Translations under genes and position numbers: made by a program | Shown here: positions 1-10,976 of the stretch, piece after piece | Layout of the letters: the number at the start of each line of letters is the position of its first letter | How positions within the stretch are numbered: the stretch's first letter is position 1 | The notes under the pieces: generated by a model | What the model was told of the DNA's origin: nothing | Seen by the model: only the letters and a program-made list of their open reading frames with translations | Database searches by the model: none | NCBI GenBank assembly: GCA_963754315.1 | Contig: CAVWFS010000019.1 | Location: 1 to 64,000 of the forward strand | DNA: 64,000 nucleotides | DNA from: an uncultured Candidatus Rokubacteria bacterium | GTDB lineage: Bacteria; Methylomirabilota; Methylomirabilia; Rokubacteriales; CSP1-6 | Direction of reading: 5' to 3'

Positions 1-337
1 GATACACAGCCGCCAGGTTCAAGATGCTGAGGAACATCGCGGCGGTCAGGGGGTTCGAGGAGAAAATCAGCGGCACGGCCAGAAGATAGAAATACAGTGG
101 ACCCCAGGTATGAGCCGGTCCTCCCTGCACCTCGGGACCTACCAACGGAAAAGCCTGTCCGCGAACGATGCCCAAAGCGGCTCTGATGTCGCGGGCCTGG
201 TCGACGATGAACCAATCGAGATCGAGGTCGTGCAGCCGGAGATAGGCTGCCACACCGAGAACGGCCGCGAGGCCGAGCAGACAGAGGAGGCGATCCGCAG
301 ACCACGGCCTGAGACGAGCAACGAGCCGACGAAACAT
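1..337 (-). CDS. ArnT/PMT-like (GT-C fold) membrane glycosyltransferase, N-terminal part; runs off the window edge
   Basis: Own translation (not in ORF track) from ATG 337: MFRRLVARLRPWSADRLLCLLGLAAVLGVAAYLRLHDLDLDWFIVDQARD...FPLVGP...WGPLYFYLLAVP. TM helix, LRL, acidic DQ motif and GPLY motif are typical of GT-C enzymes. Confidence 0.65.
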   Translation of the reverse strand, partial: MFRRLVARLRPWSADRLLCLLGLAAVLGVAAYLRLHDLDLDWFIVDQARDIRAALGIVRGQAFPLVGPEVQGGPAHTWGPLYFYLLAVPLIFSSNPLTAAMFLSILNLAAVY

Positions 338-420
338 TCCGGAGGCTATGTTACCTGACGGTCAGCTCGACAAGCTCAGCAGAGGCCTCGCGACCTCTCT
401 GAGCCCTTGCCGTCTTCTTC

Positions 421-496
421 TGGTGCGCCCGGGAGGAATTGAACCCCCGACCTTAGGTTCGAAGCCTGACGCTCTATCCAACTGAGCTACGGGCGC
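421..496 (-). tRNA. tRNA-Arg, anticodon TCG, CCA encoded
   Basis: Reverse complement GCGCCCGTAGCTCAGTTGGATAGAGCGTCAGGCTTCGAACCT-AAGGTCGGGGGTTCAATTCCTCCCGGGCGCACCA. One G of the anticodon stem is missing relative to the second copy (possible indel error). Confidence 0.9.
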
Positions 497-663
497 AACT
501 GACGTAACCATACATCAGGCGTCACCGATTCGGCTAGACTGGCCCGGGAGGAATTGAACCCCCGACCTTCAGGTTCGAAGCCTGACGCTCTATCCAACTG
601 AGCTACGGGCGCAACCGACGTAACCATACATCAGACGTCACCGATTCGGCTAGACTGGCCCGG
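427..663. repeat. Tandem duplication of 115/116 bp (tRNA body plus ~45 bp 5' flank)
   Basis: 427-541 vs 542-657 differ by 1 indel and 2 substitutions; GCCCGG microhomology at 427, 542 and 658. Confidence 0.9.
542..612 (-). pseudogene. Second copy of tRNA-Arg(TCG), truncated at the 3' acceptor end
   Basis: Near-identical body with intact anticodon stem TCAGG/CCTGA, but ends ...CCCGGGCCAGT instead of ...CCCGGGCGCACCA. Confidence 0.75.
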
Positions 664-964
664 TGCCGGCAGCCAGGGAACTTGGCCCAGGGCTGCCGTC
701 CTCGCGGCCGCCGGCCTGATCGTAGGCATCCGAAGGGCTAGCCCCTCGGAGTACGACGTCCGTCCCTCCAAGAACGACTCGGTCACTCGTTCCCCTCCTC
801 GCCCTCCTCGAACATGTCCGGAGAACGTCGCCGGACAAGCGCGTCTGGCCTCTCGGCGTCTGGATCTGGCTCGCGGGTCTGCCGTGGTGGTTGGCCTCTG
901 GCTCCCGCGGTAGATAATCCCGGTTGCCCTCGGCGCGGCCGCAACGAAGGATCGGTACGGCCGG

Positions 965-2142
965 TCAGCGCCGGCGGGCGGCGATAACCTTGCGGAGGGC
1001 CACCACCACGTCGTCGAGATCGCTCGTGGTCATCCGGGGATAGAGAGGGCAGAGACAGCAAGCGCTCTGATACGCTCTCGGCCACCGGCACCTCGCCCGG
1101 CTTCAGATCGTAGCGCTCGCGGTAGAAGGGGTGCAAGGTCAGCGATCGGAAGTGGATGCCCGTCCCGATCCCCTCCGCGCGGAGATCGGCCATGACATCC
1201 TCACGGCGGCCGCGCAGGCGATCCGTGTCGAGGATGATCACGAAGAGGTGGTAGGCGTGCCGAATATCCGGCTCCTCTCCGAGGACCCGGATCTCGGGCA
1301 CGTCGGCGAGGGCCTCTCGATAGCGACGGACGTACGTCGCCCGGACCCGCCACCATTCCTCCAGGCGGTCGAGCTGGGCGAGTCCGAGGGCCGCCTGGAT
1401 ATCGAACATGTTGTACTTGTAGCCGGGGGCGAGCGTCTCCCAGTGAAGCGGCCCATCCTTGGCATAGCGCTTCCACGCGTCCTTGCTGATGCCGTGAAGA
1501 CTCAGCAAGCGCGCCCGCGCGGCCAAGGCGTCGTCCTCCGTCGTCAGCATTCCCCCCTCGCCCGTGGTGAGGTTCTTGGTGGCGTAGAAGCTGAACGCCG
1601 TGAAGTCGCCGATGGCTCCCACCTTCCCGGCAGGGCAGGCAGACTCGATGGCGTGGGCGGCATCCTCGACCAGCCGCAGGCCATGACGACGGGCAAGCTC
1701 CACGATGCCGTCCATACGGCACGGGTGGCCCGCAAAGTGGACGGGCATGATGGCGCGGGTGTGAGGCGTGATCCGAGCCTCGACCTGGGCGGGGTCGACG
1801 TTCAGGGTCGTCCGGATCGACGTCGGCGAAGACGGGACGCGCCCCTTGATGGACGATGACGTTCGCGCTCGCCGGAAACGTGATCGGCGACGTGATGACC
1901 TCGTCGCCCGGCCCGATGCCCAACGTGACCAGCGCCAAGTGCAGGCCCGCTGTGCACGAGCTCAGCCCGATCGCATGGCGCGCTCCAACGTAATCGGCGA
2001 AGGCGCGCTCGAACGCCTCCGTCCGCGCTCCGCGGGTGAGCCAGCCCGATTCGAGGACCTCGACCACCGCCTTGATCGACGGCTCATCGATCCATGGCCG
2101 ATGGAACGGGAGAAACTCAGCGCGCACAGGCGTCGTCAGCAC
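965..2142 (-). CDS. DegT/DnrJ/EryC1/StrS PLP-dependent sugar aminotransferase (frameshifts ~1810 and ~1045)
   Basis: FLPFHRP...SGWLT, SSCTAGLHLAL, PVHFAG, EDAAHA, FSFYATKNLTTGEGG and LSLP motifs, split across ORFs 1201..2142 and 783..1748. Confidence 0.9.
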
Positions 2143-2219
2143 TGCCTCCTCGCATTCCGATCCCGGTAGTGTAGCGGGCTCGGCCCCCTGCGATCCAGCC
2201 CGCTATAATCACGCGGTTC

Positions 2220-3091
2220 ATGCGCATCGACGGTACAGTCGCCCTGGTGACGGGCGCCGAGCGTGGGCTGGGGGCGGCGCTGGCGCGCGTCCTCGCCCGC
2301 CGGGGCGCCCGTGTCGTCGCCTCCGGACTCGCGCGCGAGTCGCTGGAAGCAGCTGTGCGCCCGGATCGAGAGCGACGGCGGCCGGGCGCTGGCCTTGCCC
2401 TGTGATGTCCGCGACCAGGGGCAGATCGCCGCCCTCGTCGCCGCCGTCGACCGTCTCTACGGCGGCATCGATCTGCTCGTGAATAACGCGGGGGTCACCG
2501 TGGGCGGCGACATCCGACTTCTCGCCGACGCGGACTGGGAGCGGGTCCTTGCAGGTGAATCTCCTGGGCTCCGTCCGGATGGTCAGGGCCGTCCTGCCGG
2601 GGATGCTGGATCGCCGGCGGGGCACAATTCTGAACATAGCCTCGGCGGCCGGCCTGGCGGCGCCGGCCCTGTGGATTCCCTACGCCGCCTCGAAGTTTGC
2701 CCTCATCGGCTTCTCGGAAGGGCTCCACGCCGCCCTCCGTCCGCACGGCATCTTCGTGTCGGTGGCGTGCCCGATGTGGATCGAGACGGACATGTTGACG
2801 AGCGTCAGCCCGAGGCTAGCCGATCCACCTCTGCCGACGGCGGCCGTGGCACGCGCCCCTCGAGGCTGGGCATGGCTGACCTCTCACGTTCCCGGACGCC
2901 ACATGACGCCGGAGAAGGCAGCCCAGCGCATGGTGAGGGGTATCGAGCGCGAGCGCTTCATGATCTACACGCACCGCATGACCCACCTCTTGGTCGCGGC
3001 GCGCGCACTCGCGCCGGAGCTGTTCGCCCGGCTGTGGCGGCGCGTGAACGAGTTTGACGAACGCCGTCATCGTCATCAGCCGCCAAGCTGA
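2220..3091 (+). CDS. Short-chain dehydrogenase/reductase (frameshifts ~2355 and ~2550)
   Basis: ALVTGAERGLG, DLLVNNAG, NIASAAG and YAASK across three consecutive ORF pieces; TATAAT at 2204-2209. Confidence 0.85.
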
Positions 3092-3866
3092 GAGGCTCGG
3101 GCGGCTCCCGTGTGGAACACGATCTGGTAGAAGATCCCGCGCATCCCCCACCGCACCTCGGGCTGCACGTCGGGGGGGAGCGCGTCGAGGGGCGGGCGCG
3201 AGGCGAACAGCGCGTTGCGCCGGATCAGCAGGCGACCAAGCAGCGTCTGCTCCCGCCCCGGCTCGAGTCCCTCGTCGACGATGGCCACCACGCCACCGGG
3301 ACGGGTCACCCGCACCATCTCCGCCACTACACGGTGAGTCGCGTCCCCCAGTTGGTTGATCGCGCCGACGTGGACGACGGCGTCGAAGAAGCCGTCCGCA
3401 TAGGGAAGCGATTCGGCATCGGCCTGATGCAGGTCGACGCGAACGCGATGCCGTTCCGCCCACCGCCGACCACGCTTGAGCATCTCCCGGGAGAGGTCCA
3501 TGGCCACGATGGTTCCCATCGGGCCGACGCGGGCGGCGATAGCGGGCAGATTGCTCGCCGGACCGCTGCAGTGATCGAGCACACGCTGGCCCGGCTTGAG
3601 TCCGAGGGTGGCGATGAAGCGTCGCCGCTCAGCCGGGGGCCACGCCCTGGCCAGCAGGGCAAGCCCGGCCATGACGAGGACGTAACGCGCCGCCTCGCGC
3701 ATCGAGCGCACGTGTACGCGTTGCCAGCGCCGGGCTGTCCGGGGAATGGGTCAGCAACGCAGGAATCCCGTCCACGATGGGAAACACACGGCTGCACGCG
3801 ACGCAACGCAACGCGGCCCGCTCGGCATCGATGTTGCCCCGGCATACCGGGCAGCGGAGGTACTCG
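3076..3866 (-). CDS. Class I SAM-dependent methyltransferase with N-terminal Trm112-like CxxC...CxxC domain (frameshift ~3715; start uncertain)
   Basis: LRCPVCRG...LRCVACSRVFPIVDGIP, then VLDHCSGPA, QADAESLPYADGFFDAV and RVTRPGG. Confidence 0.75.
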
Positions 3867-4886
3867 CTAATACGTCACCTTCTGCCCGCCGGGACCGATG
3901 ATGGTCACGGACTTCATCCAGACGAGCTTCTCCCACCAGGCCCGATGGGCGGCATACCAGGCAATGGTCCGGTCGAGTCCCTCCTCGAATGGGACCTCGG
4001 CCCGCCAATCGAGGAGCCGCCGAGCACGCTCGACACCCGCGATGTGGCGTTGCACCTGCCCTGGCCGATCCTCCGAGTAGACGATGAGGGGCCTCGGCTT
4101 GCCAAGCCGATCCACCACCATCTCGGCCACCTGCTTGATGGAAATGTCGAGGCCGGTGCCAAAGTTGATGACCTGGCCCCGGACCGCGTGGAGTTCGGCT
4201 TGCATGACACGCTCGAGCCCGTTGCAGAGGTCGTCCACATACCCCCAATCGCGGGCGGTGGATCCGTCACCGTGGATGGTCAAGACGGTGTCGGTGAGGG
4301 CGGCCGTGATGAAGCGCGGGATGGCCTTCTCGAGGTGTTGGTAGGGCCCATAGGTGTTGAACGGGCGCACGATCACGCACGGCAGGCCATACGTCACATG
4401 ATAGGCGTGGACCAAACGATCTGCGCCAGCCTTGGCTCCGGCGTACGGCGTGGTGGGATTCAGCGGATGCTCCTCGGTCATGGGCACCTGCACGGCCGTC
4501 CCGTACACCTCCGAGGTGGAGACGTGGATGAAGCGCTCCACGGGATGCTTGAGGGCGGCGTTCAGGAGGACCTGCGTTCCCAGGACGTCGGTCTCCACGA
4601 AAGTCACGTTGTCGTGGACGGAGCGGGGGACGTGTGTTTCGGCGGCCAGGTGAAGGACGATGTCAGCGTGCGCGACCAGTTCCTCGACGAGCGCACTGTT
4701 GCGAATATTGCCGTGCACGAAGCGGAAATCCGGATCGTCGGGGCCGTGCTCGGGCAAGTTGTCGAGGTTACCGGCGTACGTGAGCGCGTCAAGCACAGAC
4801 AGATGCCAGGCAGGATGGCTTCGGCGCAGGACGCGCACGAGGTTACTGCCGATGAACCCTGCCCCCCCCGTGATCAGAATCCTCAT
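3867..4886 (-). CDS. rfbB: dTDP-glucose 4,6-dehydratase-like
   Basis: ILITGGAGFIGS, DALTYAGN, HLAAETHV, HVSTSEVYG, YAGAK, NTYGPYQHLEKAIP. Confidence 0.85.
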   Translation of the reverse strand: MRILITGGAGFIGSNLVRVLRRSHPAWHLSVLDALTYAGNLDNLPEHGPDDPDFRFVHGNIRNSALVEELVAHADIVLHLAAETHVPRSVHDNVTFVETDVLGTQVLLNAALKHPVERFIHVSTSEVYGTAVQVPMTEEHPLNPTTPYAGAKAGADRLVHAYHVTYGLPCVIVRPFNTYGPYQHLEKAIPRFITAALTDTVLTIHGDGSTARDWGYVDDLCNGLERVMQAELHAVRGQVINFGTGLDISIKQVAEMVVDRLGKPRPLIVYSEDRPGQVQRHIAGVERARRLLDWRAEVPFEEGLDRTIAWYAAHRAWWEKLVWMKSVTIIGPGGQKVTY

Positions 4887-5852
4887 GCCCGTCCGCGGTG
4901 AAGCGTGTACTTGCTGCGCGCGAAATGGAAGCCCATCCGCTGGAAGATACGCTGGGTGAGGACATTCTGGATGGGCGTGTCGAACTCGGCAAAGTCGTAG
5001 GCCACGACCCGATCGACGACGATGGCTCGCGCCAGCAGCGCCGGATACAGACCGGTTCCCTCCGGCAGAACCGCGCTGATGCCCTGACCGGCGATGCGGA
5101 CGTCCAGGCTTTGGAGCGGGCGGGGCTGCATCCGGTAGCCCAGGAAACCCACGAGGCGGCCGTGACGCTCGCCCACCAGCAGGCGATTGGCCATGGAACC
5201 GTCACACACGTTCCGAGCCCATTCGACGTAGAAGCGACGAACGGCGTCGCGGGGGAGCCACGGATCGAAGGCGAACCGCCCCCCATACTCGGCTAGCATC
5301 CGCTCGGCGATGGCAAGGATCGCCTCCCTATCGGAGGGCTGATAGTCCCGGATCGCGCCGAGTTGCTTCATGGGCGGCGGCGGATCGCGGTGACAGTCAT
5401 AGAAGTACGTCACGAGGCAGTCGACCAGACGGAATCCTTTCGCTTCCAAGGTTTGCAGGGCCGTGAGCTCGGCGCCGTCGACCTTGGCGGCCAGATGATC
5501 GAGCCCGGCCTCCTCGGCGCGGTCGAGCAACCAGCCAACGAGCGGAGCGAGCGTCTCGGCCGTCGCGTGTTCAGGATGGACCACCAGGGGCCCGATCCGT
5601 CCCATGGCGAGGCCGAAGTGCTTGCTGTCCCACGGCAGGTGCTCGAGAAGGCCTGCCGCGATCAGTGTCTGGCCAGCCCACACGCCACCCGTGGCCAGCC
5701 GCTCGCGCGTGTCCGCGAAGTCCGCCGAGGAGGAGTCGACACCCCGCATCCCGCGGCATGCGTGGATAGGCGCGATACTCGTGAAGCGGATAACCCGACA
5801 GCAGCGACTGCAGCGCGGTCTCGTCGTCGGGTTCGAGGGGCCGAACCCTCAT
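4883..5852 (-). CDS. WecD-like GNAT acetyltransferase (frameshift ~5750)
   Basis: LPWDSKHFG, GFRLVD, GRFAFDP...FYVEW and N..TQRIFQRMGF resemble dTDP-fucosamine acetyltransferase; ATGA overlap with rfbB. Confidence 0.7.
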
Positions 5853-5856
5853 GCCG

Positions 5857-6785
5857 CTACCCGAGTACGTCGCGTACCACGTAGAGGGGCCGGTCTTGAA
5901 CCAGCCGGTAGATGCGAGTGGTCAGCTCGCCGAGCAGCCCGAGGATCAGGCACTGAATGCCGAACGCCCCCACCAGGAGCACCGCGACCTGAACCTGCGC
6001 CCTGCAGCAGGGCCGGCATATCAAAGGTGAGCTCGGGCGCCGACATAAAGAAAGGATCCCACCACCCCCAGCCCGATGCCGGTGACACCGACCAGTCCAA
6101 CCACCTGGAACGCCCGCGGACAAAAGGCCGTGATAAAGTCCACGAATCCTGCCACCAGGTCGAGGAACGAATACTTCGATCGGCCCGCGCGCCGTGGGCG
6201 GTGGGTGACCGGGATCTCCGTCACCCGGCGCCCACTTCGGAGCACGACGGCCCCGAGGAAGCGCCGCATCTCTCCGGACACCTGGATCGTTCTGGCCAGT
6301 TCCGCGCGGATCGCCTTGAACGGACTGGCCGCGTCACGCAGACGGCGCCCCGTGACCGCCCTCATGCCCCAGGCGACCACCATCGACGGCAGCCGGCGAC
6401 GCAGAAAACCATCCTCACGCCGGTCACGGCGCCCGCTCACGACATCGTAGCCTTCCTGCACGGTTGCCACCAGGCGCGGGATGTCTCGGGGATCGAACTG
6501 CAGGTCAGCATCAAAGCTGACGAGGATTTGCCCCTTTGCGTGATCCAGCCCCGCCACCAGGCCTGCGTGTTGGCCGTAGTTGCGCGCCAGACGGATGACC
6601 CTGACATGGGGATCTCGGTCGTGCAGCCGACGGAGCAGCTCGAAGCTCCCGTCGGTGCTCCCGTCATCGACAAAGACGAGCTCGTACGACAGCGATTCCA
6701 GGGCGGTGGTCAGCTGGTGATGAAGCTCCGGGAGGTTCTCCGCCTCGTTGAAGGCGGGGATGATGACCGAGACTTCACTCAACAC
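5857..6785 (-). CDS. GT2 polyprenol-phosphate glycosyltransferase, ArnC/GtrB-like (frameshift ~6030)
   Basis: SVIIPAFNE, VDDGSTDGS, RNYGQ, FDADLQ, HRPRRAGRSKY, two C-terminal TMs and RPLYVV. Confidence 0.85.
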
Positions 6786-7958
6786 GAAACGTCAGCTGAG
6801 CGAGCACTTCAGCCGAGCGAGGGCCGCCTCCAGGGTCTGCCGGACCTGTGCATGGACTTCCTTGGCGTGGGCCGCTCTTCAACTTCTGGCAAGCCGGCTC
6901 GCCCCCGATCATGGCGAGCGCCTCGGCCGCGCTCACGACGGACACTGATAATGTCGTCGTTGAGCCTCGCCGCCAGCACATCGACGTTCGACGCGTCACC
7001 GACCGAGCCGACCCCCACCACGGCCACCGTTCGGACCTCGGACGAGGGGTCGTCGAGCAGTTTCAGAAACGCCGGCAAGCGCTTGGCGCTGCCCGCCACT
7101 TGACCAGCGCGCCCGCCGCCACGTAGCGAAGAAAGAAGTCGTCGGCGATCCTCGGTGGCCTTGACCAGTTTCGGCAGGAGCGAGCGGTCGCCCAGCTCCC
7201 CGAGGCCCTGGGCCGCCCAGGCCCGCACATCACCGATCTGCTGGTACCGCCCGGCCAGAATCTGCCGACTGCGTTGCGGTGGGCGGCGGCGGCACGATCT
7301 TGGCGCGCGGCCCCGTTTCCAGGATCTTGACCAGCGTGGCTTGGGCCGCCGGATCCCGGGTCGCGGTCAGCACCCGGATCGCCTCGGCCCGGAAGGGCAA
7401 GCTCAACTCTCCGTCCTCGGCCGCCCGCGTCGCGAGGGCGAGCCGGTCGGCGTCGCTTTCCAGGGGGCCTCCGACCAGCCCACGCAGTGCCTCTTCGCGT
7501 ATTTGCGCGTCGGGATCGCGGCTGGTCTGGAGCACCAACGGTCCGTACCGACTTGTCGCCGATCTTGACAGAGCACCTATAGCGGCCGCCCGCACCGTGC
7601 CCTGTTCCGTCTTGTCGCCGGCCATCTGGCTCAGCGCGGCCAGGGCGGCGACTGTTCCCGGCCAGCCCAGCCCCTTGGCGGCGGCGGCGCGGATCTCAGC
7701 CACCGGATCCTTGAGCAGCTCGATCAGCGGCTGCGCGAACCTCGGGAGTCGCCCACTTCCCCAGCGACGTCGATGCTCTGCACCCGCTCGCCCGGATCCA
7801 GGCTACGATCCTTGGCGTGGGCAACCAGCTCGGCTAGGGCAGAGCCAGCATTCGAAAGCGGTGCCGCGGCGACCATAGGTGCGAACGAACCCCACGCGAG
7901 CAAAAGGACGCCGCGCACGCAAGAACGGACGCTTTATCCACGCCGATCGCGATTGCAT
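6775..7958 (-). CDS. Exported HEAT-repeat protein (several frameshifts)
   Basis: Signal-like N-terminus; repeated LKDPVAEIRAAAAKGLG, DPDAQIREEAL, VRAWAAQGLG and DDPSSEVRTVAV across ORF pieces. Confidence 0.65.
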
Positions 7959-8024
7959 GGCGGTAGTATAGCACCATGGGCTGGGCACCGAAGAACAAGT
8001 GCCCCGTATGGAGGGTTCAGGCTC

Positions 8025-9498
8025 GTGATCACCCCTTGGCGTCACGTGGTTCGTGGGGTCGCCGCTCTGGCGATCGCCGTCGGAATTGTCCTGGTCGGCC
8101 TCCATCGCGACCAGCAGGTTTCGCCCAGAGCGGCAATCCCCCCCTCAGCGGGGGTGTTCAGCAGGTCCCGCAGGCGGTCGGCGATGAGGAAGTCGTTCCA
8201 CGGCTCTTCCGGGCGCCCTCCGGACAGCTCTTCCGGGTCTGGAATCGTGATTGATAGCCGCGGGGACGCGATCCTGATCGCCTCGTCGGCCGATGGCCGC
8301 GTCGTGGCAGACCTTGACCGAGCTGCGACCCGAGACGAGCGGAGTACGCGCCAACGATGGTCACCTGGCCGTGATCGGGAATCGGCGACATCGCGCTCGC
8401 CTACCGCTGGGCCCGCCCCCGTTCGGTCAGGCACGTTCGCCTCGCACGGTCGACCGACGCCGGCAAGACGTGGACTGTCCCCACCAACAACCTGGATACG
8501 TCAGGTGGCGCCTCTGATCCCCAGGTCGCCTGGGGATCCGGCCGGACAGTGCTCGTGGCATGGGTGGACGCGCGCCGCCAGCGCCGCGCGCTCGATATTT
8601 ACACCCGTCGCTCTCCGGATCGGGGGGAACCTGGGAATCAGAAGTCCTCATGACGGTCCCCCCCACCGATGACGCGGACGTCCGCTATCACGCGCCCCGC
8701 CTGCTCGGGGACGGGAACGGGCGATTCTGGTTGCTGTGGATCGATGCCCCCCCGGGTCAGTCCACCCTCCGCCTCCGCCGCTCCGAGGACGATGGGCGGA
8801 CCTGGTCGCCGCCGCAGGACGTCAGCGGCACCGGCCGCCAGATCTACGGACACTCGCTTCACCGCGCCGGCAATCGCCTGCTGCTAACCTGGCAGGATCA
8901 GCGGCCTGGTGCCGGACAGCCAGGCCCGGGGTCGACCCAGCCGAGTCCCGCCCGCATCTATGCAACGTCCTCCCACGATGGAGGGGCCACGTGGAGTCCG
9001 CCCGTGCAGGTCGATGGCCTGCCCGCCGGAGCGCCCGCCATCGCCGCCGAACCATCGAGCGCGTTGAGCCCCTCCGGCGAGGCGTGGGTCGCCTGGCATG
9101 ATGGCCGCAACGGACGCTTTGACGTCTTCGTCGCCCGCTCGGCCGACGGCGGTCTGACCTGGGGCACGCCGCTCCGGCTCGATGCGGACGCTGCCGGGAC
9201 AGCTGAGTCACGCTTTCCCAAGTTGGCTGTTTCCCCCGATGGTACGATGGTCGCTGTTGTCTGGGAAGACGATCGGCACGGCCTCGAAGCGGTCTACGGC
9301 CGATTTCTCTCGGGTGGTCAGTGGAGTGGCGAGGCGCGTCTCGGCGCAGTTTTACCCCCCAAGAAGGCTGCGCGCGGGCCCCAAGTCGAGGCGGCGGGCA
9401 AGGATTCGTTCTACGTCGTATGGGAGGTTTGGGATTACTCCCGGGGTCCCAAGCCTTGGCGAAGCGGTCTGGACGATTCGGTCGTCGTGCCACGCTGA
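8025..9498 (+). CDS. Secreted BNR/Asp-box repeat (sialidase-like beta-propeller) protein, copy 1 (frameshifted 5' half)
   Basis: GGAGGG before GTG 8025, hydrophobic leader; SEDDGRTWS, SHDGGATWS and SADGGLTWG; clear paralog of the next gene. Confidence 0.75.
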
Positions 9499-9530
9499 CC
9501 ACGCAGACCTTGCAGGGAGGGCACAGTCAC

Positions 9531-10976
9531 GTGAACAACCTCTGGCGTCGGACTGTTCGTCCGAGCATTTTCTTGGCGGGCGCCGTTGGTCTCCTCCTGG
9601 TGGGCCCGCCCCCGGCCCATCGGGCTCTCGCCCAGACCGGCAGCATTCCTTTGCGGGGGGGCCTCCAGCAAGCGCCGGCCCAGGTTGAACAAGAGGCTGG
9701 AGCGCGCCTCTCCCGGGCGCCCTCGGGAGAGCTGTTCCGTGTCTGGAACCGGATCGATGGGGGCGCCGGCGTTATTTTGCTCGCCTCTTCTACCGACGGT
9801 GTGGCGTGGCAGAGCTTGACCAGGATCGGGCCCGAAGTGAGCGGGATGAGAGCCCAGGACGGTCACGTGGCCGTGAACGGCGCCAGCGACATCGCCCTCG
9901 GCTACCGCTGGGTGAAGGCCCACCCGAAGGTCAAGAACCTCCGCCTCGCGCACTCGACCGACGCGGGAAAGACCTGGACCGTCCCCTCGGAAAACCTCGA
10001 TTCGACCGGGGGCGCCTTTGCCCCTCACGTCGCGTGGGGGGCGGAGCGCACGTTGATCATGGCGTGGCCGGACGAAGGGGCCCCGGGCCGCCAGCGCTAT
10101 GACGTCTATCTTCGACGCTCCCCTGATGGCGGCGTGACCTGGGAGTCGCCCGTTGTCGTGACGCGCGATCGGCCGGACGGCGCCTCGTACAAGCCTCGCC
10201 TGTTCGGCGATGGCGCGGGCCGCTTCTGGTTGCTGTGGATCGAGTCGCCCGCCAGCCTGCCCTCGACCCTCCTGCTCAGCCGTTCCGAGGACAACGGGCG
10301 TACGTGGTCGTCGCCTCAGCCGGTCGGGGGAGACACCCACTCGATTATCGGACAATCTCTTGAACTCTCCGGCAGTGGTCGGCTGCTGCTGATGTGGAAT
10401 GCTCAGCGTGCTGGCACAGTCGGTGGCCCTCCCCGTGTTTATGCGGCGTCTTCCAAGGACGGAGGTGTCACATGGAGTCCACCCGTCGAGGTGGATGGAC
10501 TGCCGCCTGCAGCACCTACGTCCGCCGTGGCGCAGTCGAGCGCCCTGACCGCCGCCGGCGAGGCATGGGTCGCCTGGCACGACAACCGGAACGGACGTAA
10601 CGATGTCTTCGTTGCCCATTCTCGCGACGGAGGCCTGACCTGGGGGCCGCCGTTCCGGCTCGATGCGGACAGCCCGGGAACGGCTGAATCACTCTTTCCC
10701 AGATTGGCGGTCTCGCCGGACGGTACGGTGGTCGCCGTCGTCTGGCAAGATGATCGGCGCGGCCTCGAGGCCGTCTACGGCCGCATGTTCTCAGGCGGTC
10801 AGTGGAGCGAGGAAACGCTCCTCGGCGCCGCCATTCCCCGGAAGAAGGCCGCCCGAGCGCCGCAGATCGCTCCCACCAGCAATGGTGGATTCTACGTCGT
10901 ATGGGAGGTCCTGGACTATTCCCAGGGCTCAAGTCCCCAGCACGCGCTCGACGACGCTGTGGTTAGGGTCCGATGA
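9531..10976 (+). CDS. Secreted BNR/Asp-box repeat protein, copy 2
   Basis: GGGAGG RBS, GTG 9531, signal peptide ending ALA-Q; STDAGKTW, SPDGGVTW, SEDNGRTW, SKDGGVTW and SRDGGLTW. Confidence 0.85.
   Translation: MNNLWRRTVRPSIFLAGAVGLLLVGPPPAHRALAQTGSIPLRGGLQQAPAQVEQEAGARLSRAPSGELFRVWNRIDGGAGVILLASSTDGVAWQSLTRIGPEVSGMRAQDGHVAVNGASDIALGYRWVKAHPKVKNLRLAHSTDAGKTWTVPSENLDSTGGAFAPHVAWGAERTLIMAWPDEGAPGRQRYDVYLRRSPDGGVTWESPVVVTRDRPDGASYKPRLFGDGAGRFWLLWIESPASLPSTLLLSRSEDNGRTWSSPQPVGGDTHSIIGQSLELSGSGRLLLMWNAQRAGTVGGPPRVYAASSKDGGVTWSPPVEVDGLPPAAPTSAVAQSSALTAAGEAWVAWHDNRNGRNDVFVAHSRDGGLTWGPPFRLDADSPGTAESLFPRLAVSPDGTVVAVVWQDDRRGLEAVYGRMFSGGQWSEETLLGAAIPRKKAARAPQIAPTSNGGFYVVWEVLDYSQGSSPQHALDDAVVRVR

Noticed and set aside
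421..663. tRNA duplication as an attL/attR site of an integrated element
   Set aside because: The copies are adjacent, the duplicate lacks rather than carries the 3' end, and no tyrosine or serine integrase is visible.
650..960. Small minus-strand gene between DegT and the tRNA (GAGGAGG before GTG 786)
   Set aside because: No frame gives a recognisable or convincing protein; left uncalled.
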